Part shown: in pieces, positions 47,342 to 57,441 of the stretch
Layout of the letters: each line of letters opens with the position of its first letter
Numbering within the stretch: position 1 is the first letter of the stretch
NCBI GenBank assembly: GCA_965223345.1
Contig: CBDCWG010000012.1
Span: 3,072,001 to 3,136,000 of the forward strand
Origin: Nitrospinales bacterium
GTDB lineage: Bacteria > Nitrospinota > Nitrospinia > Nitrospinales > VA-1
Reading direction: 5' to 3'
Length of the DNA: 64,000 nucleotides
The notes under the pieces: model-generated
Database searches by the model: none
The model's input: the letters and a program-made list of their open reading frames with translations, nothing else
Told to the model about the DNA's origin: nothing
Translations under genes and position numbers: made by a program

Positions 47342-49519
47342 ATGCACACAAATCCGGATCTTATGGACAACGCGCAAAAGGTCAACTGCCTCAAATCGGT
47401 CGAATTCATCAAGTCCCTGCCACCGGAGAAAATCCGGCATCTGGCATCGGACTGCGGTGAGATCATCGTCCCTGCGGACAATGTGATCTTTCGCGATGAA
47501 GATCCGGGCGAATCGATGTTCATCGTCCTCACCGGGGCCGTGGAGCTGATCAAGAACAATCAGGTCATCGCCACCCTGGGGCCGGGTGAATTCATCGGAG
47601 AAACGGCGCTGATCCAGTCCGAGCCGCGCTCGGCGACGGCCAAGTCCGTATCCCGCTGCCACCTTTTGGAAATAGACCGGGAACAGTTTCTCCGGCATCT
47701 GGGCTGCGACTCCAAAGCGCTGTTCGCGTTCATGCGCTCGTTGACCAAGCGCAACATGAACGCCCTGCACGATATGAAGCAGAGGCTGCGGCTTTTGCAG
47801 AACCAGGAAAAGCTCAATCAGACGTTCCACCGCATTCTCGAGGATTCCTCCGAGGAAATCTACATCGTCGATTCGCTTTCCTTCAGCTTCCTGCAGACCA
47901 ACTCGCGGGCGTGCCGCAATCTGGGGTATTCGCTGAACGAGCTGAAGAACCGGACCCTGCTGGATGTGGTTCCGGACCTGTCGCCGGATGAAATCCACCG
48001 CATCACCGACCTGCTGATCAATGAGATCAAGACTGTCGAAGTGGTGCAGGGCTCCTGCCGCAGAAAAGACGGCAGCACGTATCCCATGGAAATCCGCCTG
48101 CAGCTCATGAAATCGGGCTGCGTTCCGCTGCTGGTCGCACGCGTGAAGGACCTCACCGAGCGGCAGGAGATGGAATCCAAGATCAAGGACATCACGTTTC
48201 TCGATCCTTTGACCGGGCTGCCCAACCGCAAACTGTTCCTCGAACGCCTGGAACTCGCGCTCGCCGAGAGCAAGGACAGCGACGAAGAAATCCGCGTCCT
48301 GTTTCTCGATCTCGACAATTTCAAGACCGTCAACGATTCGCTGAGCCGCGAGACCGGCGATGCGCTGCTTCAGGAAGTCTCGAAATTACTGAAACGCAGC
48401 ATCGGCAAGGACGATCTGGTGGCGCGCGCCGGTGAGGACGAGTTTCTCATCATGCTGCGGGGCCTGACTCTGGAAGACGACGCGGCGCTGGTGGCGCAGA
48501 ACCTGGTGGACGATTTCAAAACCCCCGTGCTGGTCGGCGGGCAGGAGATCAACACGTCCGTCAGCATCGGCATCTCCAACTACCCGGCCCCCGGCAAAAC
48601 CGGGCAGGAGCTGCTCATGCAGGCGGAGACCGCCCTGTATTCCGCGAAAGAGAAGGGAAAAAACACCTACCTGCACTTCAGCCCGTCGATTCTGTCGCAG
48701 GCCACCAAATACATGGACATCGAGCGCGGCCTGATCAAGGCGCTGGAAAGGGAAGAACTGGAGCTTTACTATCAGCCCTCGGTGAATCTGGAAACCGGTG
48801 CGATCGTGGGGGTGGAAGCGCTGTTGCAGTGGCGGCACCCGGAAAAAGGCATGATGCCTCCGGGAGAGTTCATTTCCGTGGCGGAGAAGAGCAAACTGAT
48901 CCTGCCGATCGGGGAATGGGTCCTGAAAACCGCCTGCAGGCAGTTCAAGAGCTGGGAAGAGATGGGCGTTTCGCCGGACTACGTCGCCGTCAATTACTCC
49001 GGCATCCAGTTCAAGGAGAAAGACTCGGTCGCGGAAATCTCCAGCATCCTGCAGGAGACGAACCTCGATCCGCAGCACCTGGAACTTGAGATCACCGAAT
49101 CGATCCTGATGGAAAACACCAGTGCGGCGATTTCGACCCTGTTTGAATTGAGCGAGCTCGGCATCCAGCTCGCCATCGACGATTTCGGCACCGGCTTTTC
49201 CTCGCTCACGTACCTGGCTCAGCTGCCGGTGGACACGTTGAAAATCGACCGCTCGTTTGTGATCTATCTGCCGGAAACCACCAGCTCGGCCATCGCCAGC
49301 ACCATCGTGTCCCTGGGCAAAGTGCTGGGGATGAAAGTCGTCGCCGAAGGCGTGGAAACCGGCGCGCAAAAGGAATTCCTGCGCTCGATCCGCTGCGACT
49401 GCATGCAGGGCTTCCTGTACAGCAAACCGCTCTCCGCAAAAGAAATCACGAAGCTGCTGCAAGAGAAAAACCCGGCGGCCCCCGTGGCCGTGGAATCTCC
49501 CCAACCGATCGCCTCCTGA
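47342..49519 (+). CDS. cNMP-binding/PAS/GGDEF/EAL protein (probable c-di-GMP phosphodiesterase)
   Basis: GEFIGETAL..PRSA cNMP domain, PAS domain, degenerate AGEDEF, VEALL, DDFGTGFSSL, AEGVET. Confidence 0.92.
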   Translation: MHTNPDLMDNAQKVNCLKSVEFIKSLPPEKIRHLASDCGEIIVPADNVIFRDEDPGESMFIVLTGAVELIKNNQVIATLGPGEFIGETALIQSEPRSATAKSVSRCHLLEIDREQFLRHLGCDSKALFAFMRSLTKRNMNALHDMKQRLRLLQNQEKLNQTFHRILEDSSEEIYIVDSLSFSFLQTNSRACRNLGYSLNELKNRTLLDVVPDLSPDEIHRITDLLINEIKTVEVVQGSCRRKDGSTYPMEIRLQLMKSGCVPLLVARVKDLTERQEMESKIKDITFLDPLTGLPNRKLFLERLELALAESKDSDEEIRVLFLDLDNFKTVNDSLSRETGDALLQEVSKLLKRSIGKDDLVARAGEDEFLIMLRGLTLEDDAALVAQNLVDDFKTPVLVGGQEINTSVSIGISNYPAPGKTGQELLMQAETALYSAKEKGKNTYLHFSPSILSQATKYMDIERGLIKALEREELELYYQPSVNLETGAIVGVEALLQWRHPEKGMMPPGEFISVAEKSKLILPIGEWVLKTACRQFKSWEEMGVSPDYVAVNYSGIQFKEKDSVAEISSILQETNLDPQHLELEITESILMENTSAAISTLFELSELGIQLAIDDFGTGFSSLTYLAQLPVDTLKIDRSFVIYLPETTSSAIASTIVSLGKVLGMKVVAEGVETGAQKEFLRSIRCDCMQGFLYSKPLSAKEITKLLQEKNPAAPVAVESPQPIAS

Positions 49520-49543
49520 CCGCACTCGACACGACTCAAAAGG

Positions 49544-49579
49544 AAAGCGGCCCCCGGATATCCGGGAGCCGCTTTTTTT
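49544..49579 (+). terminator. Intrinsic terminator
   Basis: AAAGCGGC-CCCCGGATATCCGGGA-GCCGCTTTTTTT. Confidence 0.8.
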
Positions 49580-49590
49580 AATACACGCGA

Positions 49591-49896
49591 TCACGATTTC
49601 GGAGTTTGTGTCCGATCCTTGCTGTGGTCGTACGTTTTGGTCTCGTTGATAAAATCAAAGGACGGTGCTTTGCCTTCCATTTCTCCCTTGTCCACCGTTC
49701 GGGTCGGAACCGGCTGCGGTCCCTTGCGCTCGGAATCCATCGTGTTCCACTTGTCGTGAATCCGCTCGCCCTTTTCATCGCTCCAGTTGGACCAGACCGC
49801 GTGCCGCTCCGCAGAGCTCGGCTGATTCGCAAACGAGCTTGCTGCGCCAACAAAAAGAAACGAAAGTACGATCAAACATGCAAATAGCTTATTCAT
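49591..49896 (-). CDS. Secreted hypothetical protein
   Basis: Signal peptide MNKLFACL...SSFA; GAGGT RBS. Confidence 0.7.
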   Translation of the reverse strand: MNKLFACLIVLSFLFVGAASSFANQPSSAERHAVWSNWSDEKGERIHDKWNTMDSERKGPQPVPTRTVDKGEMEGKAPSFDFINETKTYDHSKDRTQTPKS

Positions 49897-50456
49897 CTTT
49901 AACCTCGCTGGTTGAATGGGTTTCATGATTTGGACACAACTCGGACTTTTAAGCGGAGTGGCACACTCCGACACTCAACGCTCTCCATGTTGAGCCACCT
50001 GTTGTGAGGGATTCCTAGCTGCCGCGTATCAGAAGGAGATCGGAGCGCAGGGGCCCCGGATTGCAAGAGCGTGAACGTACCGTTTTCAGCGTATGCAGGA
50101 AAGACTCACCCTTTCCATTGCAAGAAAGGAGGGCCACTTATGGATCCAACAACACAGCCTCCCCTTCTAAAAGAGCTGAGAGAATCGGGATGGATCCCGG
50201 CCTTGCAACGCATGTGAAAAGCCCGCAACCCATCGTGTGTCACTCATAAAAAATATGAGATCGGTTTTTTTTGCCGTCAAGATTGCGGGGAATTAAATAT
50301 CTTTAATTAAAAACCAGAGACTTACGGAGAGGTGGATGGAGCGGGGATGAACTTCACGGGATGGGCTTATTGCCCGGCCGCAGTGGGTTTTCAGCCGGTC
50401 ATGGAATTTTTGTGTGCAGGTTGAAAGGCCGGCTTGCAGACAAAAACCAACGCTTT

Positions 50457-51308
50457 CTAGCCTTCCCCGGCTTGAATGGAGATCGCGTAGCTCAGCTTCG
50501 ATTCCGCTCCGGTGCCGCGCAATTTTCCGTTCGTCGGTGCGGCGAGGACCGGGTGAACCCCGGATGCCAGTGCGATGTGGCGGTCTGAAACAGCCAGTCC
50601 GTGGGTCGGGTCGAATCCGCGCCACCCGCCCCCCGGCAGATACACTTCCGCCCATCCGTGCAGTTCCGGTTTGGCCGTCTCATCCTTCAGGAAGAAATAG
50701 CCGCTGGTGAAGCGGCTGGCCAGCCCCACCGCCCGGCAGACATCCATGAACAAAACGGACAAATCGCGGCAGGCGCCTTTCTTTTCTTTGAGAACCTGTT
50801 GCGGTGGCATCGGCTCCCCCTTTTCCCGGAATTCCACCTGCACGCTCTGATGGATCGTTTCCGCAAGCTTCTTGGGAAAGGCCAGTGTGTCGCGGCCGGA
50901 CTCCTTCAACACGCTTTCCGCAAAGTCCTTCACCACGGCGGGCGTTTCGGTGCGCGCCCGATAAACCTGCAAGGCGTCCAACTGGGAATCGGGATACGTG
51001 AACGGCAGGCTGTCGAATTCCTTGCCGGGCAGAATGAAATCGTAGGGATTGCTTTTCAGCGTCTCGACCTTTGAGGAGGCGGTGATGGACAACGTCGCGG
51101 TCGTCCCCTGAAACCACAGGATATCCGCCGCCGTCCCGTCGAGGTCCATGACTTTCGTTGCGCCTTGCGGATCGGGATGCACTGTCATCTCAAAATCGAG
51201 AAGACACTGCCAGGCGTCGGTGCGGGGACACAGGCGGACCGTGTGCGGCTCCAGAAACACCGGACGGGAATAGGAAAATTCCAGTTTATGTTCGATTGCA
51301 AACCGCAT
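50457..51308 (-). CDS. Transglutaminase-family protein
   Basis: GACRD (catalytic Cys), HGWAEVYLPG.GW.GFDPT; bacterial transglutaminase N-terminal domain. Confidence 0.93.
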   Translation of the reverse strand: MRFAIEHKLEFSYSRPVFLEPHTVRLCPRTDAWQCLLDFEMTVHPDPQGATKVMDLDGTAADILWFQGTTATLSITASSKVETLKSNPYDFILPGKEFDSLPFTYPDSQLDALQVYRARTETPAVVKDFAESVLKESGRDTLAFPKKLAETIHQSVQVEFREKGEPMPPQQVLKEKKGACRDLSVLFMDVCRAVGLASRFTSGYFFLKDETAKPELHGWAEVYLPGGGWRGFDPTHGLAVSDRHIALASGVHPVLAAPTNGKLRGTGAESKLSYAISIQAGEG

Positions 51309-51326
51309 GCGGTGGGATGGTTGATG

Positions 51327-52049
51327 TCAGGATTTTCCGAACACGCCGTCGATCCAGTCTCCGGGCAGTTCATCGAGCGAATGGCGAACGCGATTGTGCC
51401 ACCATTCCGAGACGTTTAACAAGTCTTCCTTTTCGTACTCATGCAGGATCATCTGATGCGAGTCTTTCCTGTAAAACACCACATCGATCGGGAAATCCAC
51501 ATTGCTCGCACAGCGCCGTGTGGCGTCGAACGCGAGAAACGCCGCCTTCGCCGCCATCACCATGCTGGAATCGTATGTCAGCACCAGGTCCAGCATGGGT
51601 TTGCCGTACCCCGACTCGCCGATGATCTGATACGGCGTTTCGGGGGTGACCTCCACCCAGTTGGCCTGTGGATAGATCAGATACAGCCTGTGCTCCTCAT
51701 CCTCCTCAAGCTGCCCGCCCACGATCGAATGCAAATCGAACACCAGTCCGCTCTCTGAAAGCGCTTCCTTGTCTTCCACGGCGACCTTGCGTATCTGTTC
51801 CGACAGCCGGTTCACGGCCTTGTAGGCCTTGGTCAGGGGAGCCGCGGAGGTGTCCACGTGCTCATCGAAGTAAGTGATGGCTTTGTCGCGCACGGATCGC
51901 AGCCCGGATGTCATGAGGAACAGGGAATGGTCGCCCTGCTTGTGCAGGGAAACCTTGCGCGCCGTCGCCACTTCCGATCCCGTCGTGAGGCGGCTGTCTG
52001 AAAGGGCGACCAGGCCCCCCTCCACTTTAATCGCGATACAGAATGTCAT
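51327..52049 (-). CDS. Proteasome-type Ntn protease (Anbu)
   Basis: N-terminal Thr nucleophile (M-TFC), SDSR, IVGGQ, IYPQ.N, QIGE..YGKP. Confidence 0.9.
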   Translation of the reverse strand: MTFCIAIKVEGGLVALSDSRLTTGSEVATARKVSLHKQGDHSLFLMTSGLRSVRDKAITYFDEHVDTSAAPLTKAYKAVNRLSEQIRKVAVEDKEALSESGLVFDLHSIVGGQLEEDEEHRLYLIYPQANWVEVTPETPYQIIGESGYGKPMLDLVLTYDSSMVMAAKAAFLAFDATRRCASNVDFPIDVVFYRKDSHQMILHEYEKEDLLNVSEWWHNRVRHSLDELPGDWIDGVFGKS

Positions 52050-52070
52050 CGAAATACTCTCTACAGTTGT

Positions 52071-53036
52071 TCAGTTGGATATTAAAATTTGCGGCACAAA
52101 ATAAGCTTCGTGGATCGCATCCATGACCAGGTTCAAATCCCGCTGGACGCCATCCAGATATTCATGCATCCCGCATTCAATGATTTCGTCGATCGTCGTG
52201 TAACTCAATTGCGCGCGAAGCTTTCCCAGCCGGCGCTCGGGAAGATTGTTGTGCGGGCTTCCCGAGAAGGCGACCACCGAATAGAGGGAGCGGTAGGCCT
52301 GAGCGAGACAATGCAGGATGGACCGGGGAAAATGACGGTCCAGAATCAAAAACTGGGCCACGTTTTTCGGCAGAACCTGACGAAAGTTTTTACGGTAGGC
52401 TTCCAGCCCGCTTGCGGATTTCAAAAGCGCCGCCCACTGGATCTTGTCCAGAGAGGAACCGACGAGGTCCACCCGTGGCAGCAGCAGAAAATACTTCACA
52501 TCCAGGATGCGCGACGTCTTGTCCGCCCGTTCCAGAAACCGGCCCAGTTGAATGAAATCCCAGGCCTCGTCCTGGCTCAGCGTCGCATTGGTGATGCCCG
52601 AGATCAGGTGGCAGTCCATTTTGATCTGCTTGAAAAAGTGGGGCGCGTCTTCCATGCCGGTTTCATTTCGGGCCGCCCATTTGACCATCAGGTACAGCTT
52701 GTTGATCTGTTCCCACATTTCTGACGAAATGATCTCGCGGATGGAGCGCGCGTTTTCGCGTGCGGCGGTCAGGCAGGACAGGATCGAGTTGGGGTAGTCC
52801 AGGTCGAACGTGTGAAACTGGATGACATTCTCCGCTGTGGCGGATTTGTACTTTTCCAGGAAAATGTCATCGTCCCCGGTGATGCTCACCAGAGGCTGCC
52901 AGGGATTGCCCAGCCCGGATTCTTTGGACAGATCCAGCAACATGGACAGGTTCACATCGATGAACCGCGCCACGTTTTCCGCCCGTTCGAGATAACAGCT
53001 CATCCAGAACAATGAATTTGCGACTCGGCACAGCAT
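52071..53036 (-). CDS. Alpha-E domain protein
   Basis: ML.RVA.SLFWM..YLERAEN.AR, ARENAR, LERADKT.RILDVKY and FPRS motifs. Confidence 0.93.
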   Translation of the reverse strand: MLCRVANSLFWMSCYLERAENVARFIDVNLSMLLDLSKESGLGNPWQPLVSITGDDDIFLEKYKSATAENVIQFHTFDLDYPNSILSCLTAARENARSIREIISSEMWEQINKLYLMVKWAARNETGMEDAPHFFKQIKMDCHLISGITNATLSQDEAWDFIQLGRFLERADKTSRILDVKYFLLLPRVDLVGSSLDKIQWAALLKSASGLEAYRKNFRQVLPKNVAQFLILDRHFPRSILHCLAQAYRSLYSVVAFSGSPHNNLPERRLGKLRAQLSYTTIDEIIECGMHEYLDGVQRDLNLVMDAIHEAYFVPQILISN

Positions 53037-53118
53037 GTTTCAGCCGGACTCCTTCTCAAAAATGAACAGACCATCGTAAGTCATGGGCCCGTTTCCGGGT
53101 CCCTTGTGCTGGGCGTTA

Positions 53119-54549
53119 TCAATACAAGACCCAGGTGTCCTTGCTGCCGCCGCCTTGAGAGGAATTGACGACGAGCGACCCCTTTCGGAGAGCCACGCGG
53201 GTCAATCCGCCGGGCAGCACGTAGATTTCCTCGCCATAGAGGATGAAAGGCCGAAAATCCACATGCCGGGGTTCGAAATGATCGCCGACGATCACCGGCG
53301 CGCGTGAGAGCGAGATCACCGGCTGCGCGATGTAGTTGCGCGGATCGGTCTGGATCTTTTCCGCAAACACTTCGCGCTCTCTCTCGGTCGAACCCGGCCC
53401 CATCAGCATCCCGTACCCTCCCGATTCCCCCACCGCCTTGACCACCAGAGAGTCCAGGTTGTTGAGCACATGACGGCGCTCCGCTTCCATCAGGCAACGA
53501 TACGTCGGGACGTTGGGGATGAGAGGGTCTTCGCCCATGTAATAGTTTATGATCTCCGGCACATAGGAATAGATCAGCTTGTCGTCGGCGATGCCGAGCC
53601 CCGGCGCGTTGACCAGAGCCACATGCCGATCCTTATACGCCTGCACCAGTCCCGGCACACCCAGCATGGAATCGGCGCGAAACACTTCCGGATCGAGAAA
53701 TTCATCGTCCACTCTCCGGTAGATGGTATCGACTTTTGCCAGTCCTTTGGTCGTCAGCATGTAGACGAAGCCGTCCTTGACCATGAGGTCCCGCCCTTCC
53801 GTCAGTTCTTCCCCCATGCTCTGGGCCAGAAAGGAATGCTCAAAATAAGCCGAATTGTAAATTCCCGGTGTCAGCACGACGGAACTGGGATGCCTGACGG
53901 TGTCCGATGAAAGAAAATACAGAAGGTCCAGCAACCGGCTGGTGTAGTCTTCGGTGGGCTGGATCTGCAGGGTTTCGAACACCTTGGGAAAGGTCTGCTT
54001 CATGATCTGGCGGTTCCCCAGCACGTAGGAAACTCCGGAAGGACAGCGCAGATTGTCCTCCAGCACCATGAACTCACCGGAAGCGTCGCGGATCAGATCG
54101 ACGCCGCTGATGTGACACCAGATTCCCCTGGGCGGATCGATGCCGACGCATTCGGGCAAAAATCCCTTGCAGGAATCGATGACTTCCCGGGGCATCACCT
54201 TATCCTTGATGATCTTCTGTTCGTGATAGATGTCATCGACGAAGAGATTGAGTGCGTAGATCCGCTGCTTGAGTCCGGGAACCAGTCGGTCCCAGGTGTC
54301 GCCGTCGATGATGCGCGGGATGATATCGAAGGGGAAGATTTTTTCCACGCCCTGGGAATCGGCGTAGACATTGAACGTGCTCCCCAGTTGCATGAGGGCC
54401 GATTCCGCGGTGGCCTGCCGGTTGAGGATTCCCTGATCGGGAAGCTGGTTGATCCGGTCCACCAGAGGCTGGACCCAGGGATGGGGTTTCCCGGGTGCGG
54501 CAAAAAACTCATCGAAAAACTCACCCGGATCGTAAGAATCAAAATTCAT
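53119..54549 (-). CDS. Circularly permuted type 2 ATP-grasp protein
   Basis: FPFDIIPR, LEDNLRCPSGVSY, LTPG.YNSAYFEH, IYRRVDD, GGLTRVAL and VVNSSQGGGSKDTW motifs. Confidence 0.95.
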   Translation of the reverse strand: MNFDSYDPGEFFDEFFAAPGKPHPWVQPLVDRINQLPDQGILNRQATAESALMQLGSTFNVYADSQGVEKIFPFDIIPRIIDGDTWDRLVPGLKQRIYALNLFVDDIYHEQKIIKDKVMPREVIDSCKGFLPECVGIDPPRGIWCHISGVDLIRDASGEFMVLEDNLRCPSGVSYVLGNRQIMKQTFPKVFETLQIQPTEDYTSRLLDLLYFLSSDTVRHPSSVVLTPGIYNSAYFEHSFLAQSMGEELTEGRDLMVKDGFVYMLTTKGLAKVDTIYRRVDDEFLDPEVFRADSMLGVPGLVQAYKDRHVALVNAPGLGIADDKLIYSYVPEIINYYMGEDPLIPNVPTYRCLMEAERRHVLNNLDSLVVKAVGESGGYGMLMGPGSTEREREVFAEKIQTDPRNYIAQPVISLSRAPVIVGDHFEPRHVDFRPFILYGEEIYVLPGGLTRVALRKGSLVVNSSQGGGSKDTWVLY

Positions 54550-54869
54550 GAAAGCCCGCTTTCAATGCAGTGTCAGTCCAAGGCAGCAGCAATTTGGCTC
54601 GTTTCCCTGCTTCCCGTTTCTCAAGCCAGAGCCCAATATACAAGATTGCGCCTCCTCAAACTCCGAAAACTCTAAAAATTTGCCTGCCACAGGGGTCCGG
54701 TCTCATCGGCGCACTCGAATCCAGCACCGCTTCGAACCGGATGATCTTTTGTATCTCATTGATATTTTTCCCGTCCCGAATCGATCCGGGACCGGCGCCA
54801 CCCTTCGGCCTAAAGGAACACACAACCTGCGCCATTCCTTTCCCCCAAACTCCCGAGCCCGCATCCGAT

Positions 54870-55640
54870 TCATAAAGACGCCGCGAACAATTCGAGCGCG
54901 CGCCTGAAGCAGCGGTTCAGATGCTGAAGCCGGTCCTCGGCAACGCAAAACCTGTCTCGATCGAACCAGGGAGGAGACAGATAGAGAACCCGGTTCATCT
55001 CCACCTGAATCCAGGGGATGGGACGGTTGCCGTAAGTGCGCGTGATGAACCCGCCTGCAAACGGCCGGTCGATCTGGATATCCGTGTCTTTGAGCTCGAA
55101 CGCCTGGCGCAGGCTGTCGGCCAGCTTGTCCACGAGATCGCGCGGGCAACTTTTGCCGAAATTCGACCCGAGGCAAAAAAGAGGACGCGGGGTGCCGGAA
55201 TCGGGGGAGATTTCCGGCCCCACCGCTTCCATCGTGTGGCAGTCCAGAGCGAGCTTTATCGTTCCCGGATCGTCCAGGATGGCGCGGATCTTTTCATGGT
55301 ACGGCTCGTAGTATTTTTTCAGCAGCAGGTCGATGGTGGCCGTATCCAGAAGCACATCCGGGCGATAGATGGTTTTTCCCACACAGGTGCGGGACTTGAC
55401 CACGCCGTCGGGATTTTCAGGAGGCCGGTCGGCGGGGTCGCGGTTCAGGTCCACGGCGGCGCGGGCGATGGCTGTTTTGACCAGCGCTTCCACCTGATCC
55501 TCGATGCCATAGATTTCGCGCGTGAAACTGTCGCCGTCTTCCAGAATGCCCGAACGCTCAAGCTGAAAGCGATCGGCGATTTCCTCGGGAACGTCCTCGC
55601 CGCCGTGCGGAATGGACAGGAGAAACGGCAGCTTGTTCAT
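54870..55640 (-). CDS. N-formylglutamate amidohydrolase family protein
   Basis: SIPHGG, DLNR, YY.PYH, DCHTM, PF.GG.IT and QVEMNR motifs. Confidence 0.9.
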   Translation of the reverse strand: MNKLPFLLSIPHGGEDVPEEIADRFQLERSGILEDGDSFTREIYGIEDQVEALVKTAIARAAVDLNRDPADRPPENPDGVVKSRTCVGKTIYRPDVLLDTATIDLLLKKYYEPYHEKIRAILDDPGTIKLALDCHTMEAVGPEISPDSGTPRPLFCLGSNFGKSCPRDLVDKLADSLRQAFELKDTDIQIDRPFAGGFITRTYGNRPIPWIQVEMNRVLYLSPPWFDRDRFCVAEDRLQHLNRCFRRALELFAASL

Positions 55641-57271
55641 TGCGGTCCCGCGGCGGTCCCGTCCCTGCGGATCTCGGCGACGCCTTGAAACAGGCCCGAG
55701 TCATGGGTTTTGAGCACCGCATGGATCGCTCCCAGGTAAAACGAGAAGGATTCCTTGGGCACGATCTTGTATCCGACGTTGCGCAGGTAATCGACGATGG
55801 CGGGGTCGTAGCGGTCCACTTCCATGCTGAGGTTGCCGCCGATGGAACAGTGGAAGCGCGGGTGCATCATGGCTTCATTCATGGGCCGGTTGCCGTCCAC
55901 GATGTGGGACAGAAACTGGCTCACCGTCGAAAAAATCCGTTCGCTGCCCGGACTGCCGGCCACCAGCCACGGTTCGCCCTCGTACATCGCAATGACCGGC
56001 GCAACGGAACTCCAGGGCACGGCGTTGGGGCGCAGATAGTAGGGGTGCGACGGGTCCTTGGTCTCCAGGGCGCTCATGTAGTTGTTGTAAAAAAAGCCAA
56101 GACCGCGCGCCGCCACTTTTGCGCCATAGACGCGTTCGATCGACTGGGTGATGCCGATGGCGTTGCCTTCTTTGTCCATCACGGAAAGATGGGTCGTGTC
56201 GTTGATGGCGGGATACGGGTCCACCAGAGGCAGTGTGGCGTCGATGCCGTCGCGGATGGTGGCGGACAACGCGCGGGCGTATTCCCGGCTGAGAATGCGT
56301 TTGTCGTCGGGCAGCTGCGGATAGATGTTGGGATCGAAGGGCCGCTCCTTATTGTTGAGCAACGCCTTGCGAAACGTTTCCGCCATGAAATGGTAGGATT
56401 CGGGCGACTGGCTGCGCAGAAATTTCGTGGGTATGTTTCTCAGCATCTGCAGAACCAGCAGAAGCGTCCTGCCCGCCGCGGGGGGCGGGCAGGTAAAGAT
56501 ATCCAGCTTGCGGTATTTCCGCTTGATGGGTTTGCGCTCGACCGGCCAGGGAATGAGCGCCAGATCTTCTTTTCTTAAAAACCCTCCATGCTCCTGCATG
56601 TCCGCATCGATCTGCCGCGCGATTTTTCCGCTGTAAAACGACTTCGCTCCGTGCTTCGCCAGGTGCTCGAGCAGACTCGCGAGATCTTTCTGAATGAACC
56701 GCTCACCCGGCTGATACGGGCTGTCCCCGTTTTTGAAAAAATACTCCAGGCCGAAGGGAGACTCCAGACTCTGGAATGCCTCCAGTTCCCGTTGCTGCAG
56801 GCGGGATTGCAGATCGGTGATTGCGTAACCCTCACGGGCGATGCGGATCGCGGGTTGCACGACGTCGGCCCATTCGAGATTGCCGTAACGGAAATGCAGG
56901 TATCCCAGAAGAGCGGGTGTGCTGGGAACGGTGGTGGCGCGATGACCGTTGAAGCGTTCCTCTTTTCCTTCGATGCTGTCCAGGTGCGCCAGAGAAGGCA
57001 CCCGGCTGGAGCCGTCCACGACGATGGTTTTGCCCTGGTAACGCAGCAGGGCCATCGACTGCCCCCCCAGACCACTGGCCTGGGGTTCGCAGACACTGAG
57101 CGCCAGCGCCGCGGCGACGGCGGCGTCGATCGCATTGCCCTCCTGCCTGAGCATCTCCACACCCGCTTCGGTGGCTTCGGGAAACGCGGTGGAGACCATG
57201 CCCTTTTCGGAGACCGAACTCTTGCGGTCTTCGGTGGGGGAGAAACTGCTTTCTATTTTTTTTAAATCCAT
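55637..57271 (-). CDS. ggt: Gamma-glutamyltransferase family protein (no signal peptide)
   Basis: GNAIDAAVA, EP..SGLGG, FYSG.IA, nucleophile TTHLSVMD, GSPG, PRFH. Confidence 0.92.
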   Translation of the reverse strand: MDLKKIESSFSPTEDRKSSVSEKGMVSTAFPEATEAGVEMLRQEGNAIDAAVAAALALSVCEPQASGLGGQSMALLRYQGKTIVVDGSSRVPSLAHLDSIEGKEERFNGHRATTVPSTPALLGYLHFRYGNLEWADVVQPAIRIAREGYAITDLQSRLQQRELEAFQSLESPFGLEYFFKNGDSPYQPGERFIQKDLASLLEHLAKHGAKSFYSGKIARQIDADMQEHGGFLRKEDLALIPWPVERKPIKRKYRKLDIFTCPPPAAGRTLLLVLQMLRNIPTKFLRSQSPESYHFMAETFRKALLNNKERPFDPNIYPQLPDDKRILSREYARALSATIRDGIDATLPLVDPYPAINDTTHLSVMDKEGNAIGITQSIERVYGAKVAARGLGFFYNNYMSALETKDPSHPYYLRPNAVPWSSVAPVIAMYEGEPWLVAGSPGSERIFSTVSQFLSHIVDGNRPMNEAMMHPRFHCSIGGNLSMEVDRYDPAIVDYLRNVGYKIVPKESFSFYLGAIHAVLKTHDSGLFQGVAEIRRDGTAAGPQ

Positions 57272-57441
57272 AAAGATAAAGGGGTTCTGAATTTGACCGA
57301 AGGAAATGATACCACAAACAAAGAACCGTTTTGGGACAATGTTGGGATGGCTTAGGAAGGCACACCAAAGGTGGGATCATCACGCCAATGGGCACCTCCG
57401 GCATGTAGAAAACCCCGGAGGCATCCAGTTGCATTTCAGGA

